Source: an uncultured Verrucomicrobiae bacterium (GTDB lineage: Bacteria > Chlamydiota > Chlamydiia > Chlamydiales > Rhabdochlamydiaceae). Taken from it: a DNA stretch of 64,000 bases. The stretch's first letter is position 1; each line of letters starts with the position of its first letter. The notes under the pieces were generated by a model that saw nothing but the letters and a program-made list of their open reading frames with translations, had not been told where the DNA came from and searched no databases. Of this stretch, positions 56,346-64,000 are shown one piece after another. Both the position numbers and the translations under genes were made by a program. Location of the stretch: NCBI GenBank assembly GCA_963806855.1, contig CAWDYW010000001.1, positions 1,152,001 through 1,216,000 of the forward strand. The letters run 5' to 3'.

Positions 56346-58271
56346 ATGAAAAACCTGACTCAAAAAATCATTGAAAGCCATCTTCTCACAGGGAAAATGA
56401 TCCCAGGGGAAGAGATCGGAATTAAAATCGACCAGACGCTGATGCAAGACGCCACCGGAACGATGGTGATGCTCGAGCTCGAGGCAATGGGGGTGAGCAA
56501 GGCCAAAGTCGAGATCTCTTGCCAATATGTCGACCACAATCTTCTCCAGACCGATTTTAAGAATGCCGATGACCACCTCTTCTTGCAGAGCGCCTGCGCT
56601 AAGTTTGGAATCCATTTTTCTCGCCCCGGAAATGGGGTCAGCCATCCGGTCCATATGGAAAATTTCGAGATTCCCGGAAAGACGCTGCTCGGATCAGATT
56701 CCCATACCTGTGCAGGAGGGGCAATGGGGATGCTCGCCATCGGGACTGGCGGACTGGAAGTGGCTCTGGCCACCATTGGGGAGCCATTTAATTTTAATAT
56801 GCCGCAAGTGATGGGTGTTAAGCTCATCGGCAAATTGCCCGATTGGGTCAGCGCAAAAGACATTATTTTAGAGATGCTCCGCCGTTACGATGTCGATGGG
56901 GGAGTGGGGAAGGTGATCGAATACTATGGCCCCGGCCTCGATTGTTTGAGCGCAATGGACAGGCACGTCATTGCCAATATGGGGGCGGAGCTAGGAGCAA
57001 CTGGGACCGTTTTCCCATCCGATGAGATGACTAGAACTTTCCTAAGGAAACAAAACAGAGAGAAAGATTGGATCGAGCTTAAAGCAGACAAAGGGGCCTC
57101 GTATGACCTCCACGATGAAATCGATCTCTCAAAGCTCGTCCCGCTCATTGCCTGCCCAACAAGTCCAGGTAACGTGGTACCCGTCTCCCAAGTGGCCGGC
57201 AAGCCGGTGCACCAAACGATGGTCGGCTCCTCTGCCAATCCAGGTCTACGAGATTTTGGGATTGCCGCGATGATTCTAGAAGGCCAAACGGTCAACCCGC
57301 GCGTCTCCTTCGATGTGATTCCCTCTTCGCGCCAAATTTTGCAAAACCTAGCCCACTCAGGCCATCTCGAGATGTTGATTGCCTCGGGCGCCCGCATTCA
57401 CCAAGCAGGGTGCAACGGCTGCATCGGCATGGGACAATCTCCTGCAACGGGAACCATCTCGCTGCGCACCGTTCCTCGCAATTTCCCGGGCCGTTCTGGA
57501 ACAAAGGGGGATCTGGTCTATCTCTGCAGTCCGGAAACTGCCGCCGCTGCCTCCTTGACCGGCGTGATTACCGATCCGCGCACTCTCAAGATGCCCTATC
57601 CAAAATACAAAGAGCCAGAAAAATATATTCTGCTTGAGAACCCTGTCGCGATTCCGCCTAAAAATGGCGAAGGTCTCCACATGGGGCCCAACATTAAGCC
57701 GCTGCCGAAATTTGGCCCTATAGAAAACCAGATGAAGGGGCCAGTCCTACTCAAAATGAAGGACAATGTTTCGACCGACGAGATTCTTCCCGCCGGGACC
57801 CGCGTCCTCCCATTCCGCAGCAATATCTATGAGATCTCCAAATTCACCCTCTCGGAAATCGATGAGACCTTCTATAGCCGCTGCCTCCCACATCAGAAAA
57901 GCGGCTCCTTTCTCATCGGAGGGGAGAACTATGGGCAAGGGTCGAGTCGTGAACATGCGGCGATCGCCCCCCGTTTTCTAGGAGTGCGAGCCGTGATTGC
58001 CAAGAGCTACGCCCGGATCCACCGAAAAAATTTGATCAATTTTGGAATTTTGCCCCTTCTTTTTGCCAAGAGCACCGATTACGATCAGATTGCTCAAGGC
58101 GATGTTTTGGAGATCGACGAAGTGCACAAACAGCTAAAAAGCGGTCACATGGTAAAGATCAAGAAAAATGGGAACGTCATGGAGATGAAACACGATATGA
58201 CCGAGTTAGAGCTAAAGGAGTTGCTCGCCGGCGGTTTGATCAACGTCTACCTTTCAAGGAATGCAAAGTAG
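56346..58271 (+). CDS. Aconitate hydratase (short form)
   Basis: DQTLMQDATG, YVDHN, GSDSHT, ANMGAELGA, GCNGCIG, RNFPGR, NYGQGSSREHAA. Confidence 0.93.
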   Translation: MKNLTQKIIESHLLTGKMIPGEEIGIKIDQTLMQDATGTMVMLELEAMGVSKAKVEISCQYVDHNLLQTDFKNADDHLFLQSACAKFGIHFSRPGNGVSHPVHMENFEIPGKTLLGSDSHTCAGGAMGMLAIGTGGLEVALATIGEPFNFNMPQVMGVKLIGKLPDWVSAKDIILEMLRRYDVDGGVGKVIEYYGPGLDCLSAMDRHVIANMGAELGATGTVFPSDEMTRTFLRKQNREKDWIELKADKGASYDLHDEIDLSKLVPLIACPTSPGNVVPVSQVAGKPVHQTMVGSSANPGLRDFGIAAMILEGQTVNPRVSFDVIPSSRQILQNLAHSGHLEMLIASGARIHQAGCNGCIGMGQSPATGTISLRTVPRNFPGRSGTKGDLVYLCSPETAAAASLTGVITDPRTLKMPYPKYKEPEKYILLENPVAIPPKNGEGLHMGPNIKPLPKFGPIENQMKGPVLLKMKDNVSTDEILPAGTRVLPFRSNIYEISKFTLSEIDETFYSRCLPHQKSGSFLIGGENYGQGSSREHAAIAPRFLGVRAVIAKSYARIHRKNLINFGILPLLFAKSTDYDQIAQGDVLEIDEVHKQLKSGHMVKIKKNGNVMEMKHDMTELELKELLAGGLINVYLSRNAK

Positions 58272-59082
58272 CGCTAACGAGCGCATTGTCTTCAAAGATT
58301 TTGGGGAGATTCTCCGATGCCCTAAGATAAATTAGGCCCTCGCAAGGTTCCCAAACGAACTCTTTTCCCTCCCATTGGATATAGGAAACACAGTGATCGT
58401 TCGAAGAGAGGAGATAGACCCCATCTTGGTTCCTGTCGAAGACTCGAGTAGAGGAGAGATCGAGCAGGTCCAATTCTAATCCATAGAAAGATTGAATCAG
58501 GGCAGCTTGTCGCGGTTGACCCTCTTCAAACTGCTTGGCGACAGCAACGATTGCTTTTTCTATAGGTTGAGTTTTTAATCTCTTTAGAAGCAGATAATTG
58601 AACCAATGGCAACTTCCCCAGCAAACCCCTCTACCGATCCGGTCAAAGTTCACTCTATTTAATTTTCTGTGTAATCGTGCTTTAATAAAAGGATCGGGAA
58701 TCTCCCCCCGTTTGACCGAGGAGAGATTAAACACGTCAGTTAAATCCAAACGGTATTCATTCACACTAGGAACCCAAAGGGCGCAGCCAAATCTCCATTG
58801 AGAGATGAGATAATCGATCGGTCGCAGAGCGCGCCTGGCCAAGAGGTTGATCTGATAAGACCAAAGAACAAGGGCTACGGTTTTGAGGAAAAGATAGGTA
58901 ACGATCGCAAGTGGTGCTGTAATAAGAATTAGCGCAACCTGCCACCGATTGTAATACAGATAATCGGACGGCCTGACCAGCTCCACCTCAGGGATCTTGT
59001 CCATTTCAGCAAGCTCATTTTCCGCAGTAAACAGAGTCTTGAGCTGTCTAAAGTCATTAATGAGAGTTGGCGAGTAGATCAT
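58240..59082 (-). CDS. YopT/C58-like cysteine protease homolog A (Cys-His-Glu)
   Basis: GVCWGSCHWF, NDHCVSY, VWEPCEG; N-terminal hydrophobic segment. Confidence 0.65.
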   Translation of the reverse strand: MIYSPTLINDFRQLKTLFTAENELAEMDKIPEVELVRPSDYLYYNRWQVALILITAPLAIVTYLFLKTVALVLWSYQINLLARRALRPIDYLISQWRFGCALWVPSVNEYRLDLTDVFNLSSVKRGEIPDPFIKARLHRKLNRVNFDRIGRGVCWGSCHWFNYLLLKRLKTQPIEKAIVAVAKQFEEGQPRQAALIQSFYGLELDLLDLSSTRVFDRNQDGVYLLSSNDHCVSYIQWEGKEFVWEPCEGLIYLRASENLPKIFEDNALVSATLHSLKGRR

Positions 59083-60298
59083 ATTTCTCAAAGTAAAGCT
59101 TTGATTGATGATTTCCAGGTTGATAATACCGCTCAAGAATATGCGTGAGCAGCTGCTTCTCATTCTTTGGTAAAAGACCGATTACAGGGTCCCAGAGATA
59201 TCCTGCGCCCTGGATTTTGATATAGACAAGCGAGTGACTCAAAACACCAAGACGATAGATTCCCTCATCGATCGATGCGATTTTTCGCTCTGCGATTTCA
59301 CGATTGCAATCGAGCTCGTAAAGAGAGATGTCGTGCTGCTTTAATCTCTGCCTGTCCATCTTGAGTAGCCGATGGGCTTTTTCGAGACTCTGCAGAAGAG
59401 CCCCTTGCTTAGGAATGCCTGCCTTAAATTGGGAGCTCACGGCGAGAAGATGTTGAAGCGGATCCTTAAATTTCCCAGCTGTTTTCAGATATAAATGGAT
59501 AAACCATAGAGACGCACCTCGGCAGAGTCCATCTGAATACAGACGAATCTCACGGAAATTTTGCTCAAGATAAGCATCCACCTGTTTGAGCATATCATAG
59601 AGCTTATTGAGCGCCTTTTCAGTCCCTTTTTCAGCAAAGTGATGCTTTAAAAATCGGATCGCATCTGCAGGTGAGTTGACATACTTTTCAGCGAAAATAT
59701 TCCTGATGCGAGCACTTTCTTCTTTAGTACGCCCTACCCCTGAGCCCCCAAACCATCCACCCTCTTTTCTTCTCACTTTATCTATCTGTTGATAAAACAC
59801 CTTCATCGCCTCCTTCACCCCATGCTTAAAGTTGACATCGTAAGAAGTCATCGAGATCACATCTTTATCGATGAGGAAGCTTTGTGGGATAGAACCATGC
59901 ATATAAACATCCCAGCTTGATGTTTGATGAACATTGAATGCCGGCATGAGAAGGGGAGATGAGCCCCCATTGAACTGCCATTGATTGCCGATCTGCTGCC
60001 AATCACGCTTCATCTGTTTAGAAAGAACAGAGAAAATTCTCGCTCCCTTCTGGAGGGCAATTTGGGAGAGACAAAATGCAATTGCCCTAAAAAATACCGA
60101 TGCAATCAACTCAAAAGGGTATTTCAGCGTAATCCAAACAATCTGCAAGCGGGAGAAGTGGCGAGTGTAGGTTGCCGGCTCTGCATTCGCTTCTGCCTCA
60201 ATGGCATGAATCGCCTCGGTGTCGTTAAACTGCCTCTCTAACCCCACATGATGATTAAAAAGATGTGGAGAAAAGACTTTAACCCCAGCGGCGCTCAT
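59057..60298 (-). CDS. YopT/C58-like cysteine protease homolog B (Cys-His-Asp)
   Basis: GLCRGASLWF, SHSLVY, LWDPVIG; AGGGAG RBS. Confidence 0.7.
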   Translation of the reverse strand: MSAAGVKVFSPHLFNHHVGLERQFNDTEAIHAIEAEANAEPATYTRHFSRLQIVWITLKYPFELIASVFFRAIAFCLSQIALQKGARIFSVLSKQMKRDWQQIGNQWQFNGGSSPLLMPAFNVHQTSSWDVYMHGSIPQSFLIDKDVISMTSYDVNFKHGVKEAMKVFYQQIDKVRRKEGGWFGGSGVGRTKEESARIRNIFAEKYVNSPADAIRFLKHHFAEKGTEKALNKLYDMLKQVDAYLEQNFREIRLYSDGLCRGASLWFIHLYLKTAGKFKDPLQHLLAVSSQFKAGIPKQGALLQSLEKAHRLLKMDRQRLKQHDISLYELDCNREIAERKIASIDEGIYRLGVLSHSLVYIKIQGAGYLWDPVIGLLPKNEKQLLTHILERYYQPGNHQSKLYFEKYDLLANSH

Positions 60299-60364
60299 AG
60301 ACGACTCCCTTTTTTGCGGGAATGTTATACCGCTTTGTCCATTTCCTTGCAAATAGGTATAAAT

Positions 60365-60742
60365 CTAATGTTTATAAGGAGGTCGCCGTCTTTTATGAAC
60401 ATGCTTTTGGAGAAGTTCATTTAGAATAAAGCTGGCTAGAGCGACGATGAGCCCGCCCCAGAATGCACCCCAGAATGAGGTGATCTCAACCCCATACGAC
60501 ACCAGGCTTGCGACCCAAAAGACCAAGGCATTGATCAGAAGGGCGAAGATCCCAATTGTGAGCACCGTCAGAGGGAAGGAGATGATGATCAAAAAAGGGG
60601 TGATTGAAGCATTAAAAATCGCCACAATCAAGGCGAAAAGAAGTGCATCTCTAAAATTTGGAACATGCAATCCGGGCAGCACATGGGCCAGTCCCAAAAT
60701 CACAGCTCCCAACACAACAACACGAACGATAAAACGTAACAT
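60365..60742 (-). CDS. 4-TM phage holin family (YvlD-like) membrane protein
   Basis: FPLTVLTIGIFALLINA, ITSFWGAFWGGLIV. Confidence 0.9.
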   Translation of the reverse strand: MLRFIVRVVVLGAVILGLAHVLPGLHVPNFRDALLFALIVAIFNASITPFLIIISFPLTVLTIGIFALLINALVFWVASLVSYGVEITSFWGAFWGGLIVALASFILNELLQKHVHKRRRPPYKH

Positions 60743-60789
60743 AATTCCAGATTCTATGAATTCTTAAATAAGTTGGCAAGGAAATATTT

Positions 60790-60958
60790 GAACCTATCTC
60801 AATAAAATTTTTCGTCGATTTTCTGGATTATTTTGGCCAATTTTCGATTCAAATTCGGGGGGTAATATAAAGCTGACGCATATGACCCCCCGAATTTGAA
60901 TCGAAAATTGGCCAAAAGAACCGGAAAATCGACAGAAACTTTTTATTGAGATAGGTTC
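60790..60958. mobile_element. 169-bp palindromic element (family B)
   Basis: Terminal IR GAACCTATCTCAATAAAA / TTTTATTGAGATAGGTTC; core arms TTCGTCGATTTTC..TTTTCGATTCAAATT as at 56171. Confidence 0.85.
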
Positions 60959-61002
60959 GTGATTCAGAAAAATTGAGAATTGTGGTATAAATTACATCTA
61001 TT

Positions 61003-61620
61003 ATGAGAACATTATTTAATTTTATTTTTTGCGCATTAGTAATAATTTCAACGATTTTCTTTACTAGAGAGTTTGACACTTACAAACCTCAAACATTGCC
61101 ATTTGTTGGTTCGATGCTTGAGCCCTTCTCTGAAGAGGGGATTCACATCGGGGCAAAAGCCTATTCTCCAAAAGATAGCATGGTCTATCTCAATCGTGAT
61201 CTTCTTCATCGGGGACTACAGCCTCTCCAAGTGACGATTCAGAACAATACCCCCCGCTCATTTTATTTATCAAATGGGGGTCTCGATCTTCCAAATCTGA
61301 CCTCACGAGAAGTTGCCGGCAAGCTCACTCGCGGAGCCATTCCCCGGTCGATCGCCTTTCGTGTTGCTGGCTTTTTCTTTTGGCCGCTTCTTATCCCTGG
61401 AACAATCGATACTGTTCTCACGATGAAATCCTACTTTCATATCAAGCGGGAATACTATGCCAAATCGATTAAAGATTGTCCTGAATTGATCGTCCCTTAT
61501 TCGACAGTCAATCGGGTCATTTTCGTCCCGGCGCATCAATATTCCGAGGCGTTCACTCTTTACCTTCAAGACCCACGCAGCGGCAACTTTTACCCCTTTG
61601 ACATCGAAGTGCAAGGCTAA
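61003..61620 (+). CDS. Hypothetical protein with N-terminal signal/TM segment
   Basis: 205-aa ORF with hydrophobic N-terminus and an internal hydrophobic segment. Confidence 0.75.
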   Translation: MRTLFNFIFCALVIISTIFFTREFDTYKPQTLPFVGSMLEPFSEEGIHIGAKAYSPKDSMVYLNRDLLHRGLQPLQVTIQNNTPRSFYLSNGGLDLPNLTSREVAGKLTRGAIPRSIAFRVAGFFFWPLLIPGTIDTVLTMKSYFHIKREYYAKSIKDCPELIVPYSTVNRVIFVPAHQYSEAFTLYLQDPRSGNFYPFDIEVQG

Positions 61621-61667
61621 ATTCGAGCAATTGAAGTTAATTTAGGGAATTGTGCTAAGGTGGGGGA

Positions 61668-62840
61668 ATGTTGAAGCGATGCGCGGGCATTCATATTCCT
61701 GTTTTTTCTTTGCGATCTAAAAAGGGGCTCGGAACTGGTGAGTTTCTCGATCTCATTCCTCTCATTGACTGGTGCAAAGAGGCTGGATTAAAACTGATCA
61801 AACTCTTTCCCGTCCACGACACCTCATTGACAGATACTGAAAGAGATGCCTCTCCATTCTCTGTTTTGTCAGCTTTCTCGCTCCATCCCAACTACTTGAA
61901 CATCCGGACCCTCGCGCCAGAATTCGAGGAAGAGATCAAGCCGATCTCTAAGGTTCTCAACCAGCCCCATCTGGAATACCGCCGCACCTACTTGGCTAAA
62001 AATGAGCTGCTCAGACTGCTTTTCATTTTGCGCAAAGAAGAGGACCTCTCGTCAAAAGGCTTCCAACAATTTTTCAAGAAAAATGAAGACCATCTTAAGA
62101 GCTACGCCGCTTTCTTATTCTTAAAAGAAAAATATGGGACTGCTGACTTTCACAAATGGGGACGCTATAGCCAGTATACTGAAGAGATCGTCGAGGAGAT
62201 TTGCGACAACCACCCGGAGAAGGTCAACTTTCACTTCTTTGTTCAATTCCACCTCCATCAGCAGTTGAAAGAGGTCGTAGATTATGCCGAAGAGCAGGGG
62301 ATTGCCCTTATCGTCGATTTTCCACTCACTACCCATCCCCATAGCGTAGAGGCATGGCGAAAGGTGAGTGAAGCTGCTCAGTTGAAATGGATCCAGCAAT
62401 ATTTTGAGACCTTGCAGCAGTTGCCAGTTGTCTGTGAGAGGAAAGGGGGAGAGGGGATTTTTCAAGATCCGCGAAATTTTCCAGAAATGTCGATCTGCAC
62501 CCCTTCTCTTTACAAAATGCTACCCTTAAGATCGTGGTGGGAAGAGGATGTGGAGAAGACTGCTCTCTACTACAACACGATTTTAAAACACGAGCTGGCT
62601 CCTCCCGCAGTTTTGACAGAGAAACTAGCTCGAGAAATCATCCAAGGATATCTTGATTCCAAGTCTAAAATTGCCCTTTTCCAGATGCAAGATCTGATTG
62701 CGATGAATGATGATCTCAAAGCCCCTCATCCCGAGCGGGATCTTGTACATTGGCGCTCTCATATCTATATAGAAGAGTTTCTCTTGGTTAAAAGCTTTGC
62801 CAAAGAGATTCGGGAGATGGTCAAAGAGGCCAAACGATGA
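61668..62840 (+). CDS. malQ: 4-alpha-glucanotransferase (GH77)-like protein, shortened and apparently lacking catalytic motifs
   Basis: GIHIPVFSLRS..GTGEFLDL..PVHDT..SPFSVLSAFSLHPNY; only 390 aa. Confidence 0.75.
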   Translation: MLKRCAGIHIPVFSLRSKKGLGTGEFLDLIPLIDWCKEAGLKLIKLFPVHDTSLTDTERDASPFSVLSAFSLHPNYLNIRTLAPEFEEEIKPISKVLNQPHLEYRRTYLAKNELLRLLFILRKEEDLSSKGFQQFFKKNEDHLKSYAAFLFLKEKYGTADFHKWGRYSQYTEEIVEEICDNHPEKVNFHFFVQFHLHQQLKEVVDYAEEQGIALIVDFPLTTHPHSVEAWRKVSEAAQLKWIQQYFETLQQLPVVCERKGGEGIFQDPRNFPEMSICTPSLYKMLPLRSWWEEDVEKTALYYNTILKHELAPPAVLTEKLAREIIQGYLDSKSKIALFQMQDLIAMNDDLKAPHPERDLVHWRSHIYIEEFLLVKSFAKEIREMVKEAKR

Positions 62841-64000
62841 AAGAGTTCCCTTCATCGATCTATCATTTGCAATTTGGGGAAAAATTTGGATTAAGAGAGG
62901 CGACAAAAATCCTCCCTTACCTCGCAAAGCTCGGGATCGAAGGAGTCTATTGCTCCCCCTATTTCGCTTCTGCTAGCCCTCATGGATACGATGTTATCGA
63001 TCCCTATCGAATTGCAAATCCAAAAGAATATGACGTGTTCTGTAAAAAAATGAAGAAGCTGGGACTCTATCATATTGCCGATTGGATCCCAAATCACATG
63101 GGGATCAAGGGAGATAACCTCTGGTGGCAGGATGTTTTGGAAAAGGGTCAGAAGTCACCCTATGCCCGTTTTTTTGATATCGATTGGAGTAAGGGGAAGA
63201 TCGATTTGCCCATTTTAGGAGAAAAAGGGGAAGTCAAAATCACTGACTGGCGCCTTCCCATTAGTGGATTTTACAAGTTGGTCCCCTGGCAGAATTCAGC
63301 CAAAGAAGTGAGTTACCGACGCTTTTTCAATATTAATGAAATGGTTGGGTTGCGGATGGAAGATCCAAAGGTTTTTAGGGCTTATCACAAAAGGCTTTTT
63401 GAACTTTTGAAAGAGAAAAAAATCGATGGTCTTCGGATCGACCATCCCGATGGCCTCTATGATCCAACCGGTTATTTCGAAAGCTTGAGAAGGCACCATA
63501 AGGGGCTGATCGTCGTTGAAAAAATCCTCGGTTGGCAAGAAGAACTTCCCAATTGGCAGGTTGAGGGGACAGTTGGCTATGAATTCCTCAATATGCTCAC
63601 TGGGATTTTCGTCAAAATAGAGCCCCGCTTGACTAAATGTTACGAGCGGTTTATTGGCAAGCATATCGACTTTGCGGATTTAGTTTATCAAGATAAGAAA
63701 TCCTATGTTAAAGCAGAGATGCTCGGCGATTTGCACCGGCTGTGTAAAATCCTACCGGAATGCTCTCCGGAGGCTGTTTTAGAACTGCTCGCCTCATTTC
63801 CGGTCTATCGCTCTTATATTCGCCCTCAAGGGCCGGTGCCAGAGCGGGATGTTCCTTACCTGAAAGAGGCTCTTGCCAAAAATCGAGACCTGTTTTTAAA
63901 GAAAGTGTTTTCCCTTAAAGAGGATAGCCCAGCTGCCCGTGAATTCATCCTCCGCTTTCAGCAACTCAGTGCTCCGGTCATGGCAAAGGGATTTGAGGAT
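62837..64000 (+). CDS. treY: Malto-oligosyltrehalose synthase, runs off the window end
   Basis: Translated by hand: SIYHLQF, YCSP, HGYDVID, PNHMG, WWQDVLE, FFDIDW, YRRFF, GLRIDHPDGL, VEKIL, FQQLSAPVMAKG. Confidence 0.93.
   Translation, partial: MKEFPSSIYHLQFGEKFGLREATKILPYLAKLGIEGVYCSPYFASASPHGYDVIDPYRIANPKEYDVFCKKMKKLGLYHIADWIPNHMGIKGDNLWWQDVLEKGQKSPYARFFDIDWSKGKIDLPILGEKGEVKITDWRLPISGFYKLVPWQNSAKEVSYRRFFNINEMVGLRMEDPKVFRAYHKRLFELLKEKKIDGLRIDHPDGLYDPTGYFESLRRHHKGLIVVEKILGWQEELPNWQVEGTVGYEFLNMLTGIFVKIEPRLTKCYERFIGKHIDFADLVYQDKKSYVKAEMLGDLHRLCKILPECSPEAVLELLASFPVYRSYIRPQGPVPERDVPYLKEALAKNRDLFLKKVFSLKEDSPAAREFILRFQQLSAPVMAKGFED

Noticed and set aside
60365..60742. Holin as evidence of a prophage
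   Set aside because: YvlD-type family is common outside phages; no phage genes nearby.
60849..61079. 76-aa minus-strand ORF
   Set aside because: Derived from the palindromic element and antisense to the next gene's start.

Overview
Chromosomal segment of an environmental Chlamydiae (Chlamydiota) bacterium, inferred from CT151-like lolC/E next to rpmG, a chlamydial-type parE/parC pair, hctB, a NUE-like SET gene and PPi-PFK. Housekeeping genes include tsaD, sua5, pyrG, zwf-opcA-pgl, sdaA, rarA, proC, sod, aconitase and malQ-like/treY. They are interleaved with many candidate host-directed effectors: a four-gene tandem paralog family whose post-membrane tails carry N-x-S/T sequons (one tail has 12 x 66-bp repeats), an F-box protein, a classical protein tyrosine phosphatase, an SH2-like protein, a membrane J-domain protein, and two tandem YopT/C58-like cysteine proteases. 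Also present are a frameshifted Rhs toxin with an immunity gene, a HicAB module, two families of dispersed palindromic elements (about 65-85 bp with an 8-nt period; about 166-172 bp RPE/ERIC-like) and a candidate structured ncRNA (possibly 6S) next to rarA. Frameshifts cluster at 11.4-14.5 kb and 41-42.3 kb and are probably assembly errors. No rRNA, tRNA or CRISPR array was recognised. All calls come from reading the sequence by eye; no searches were run.
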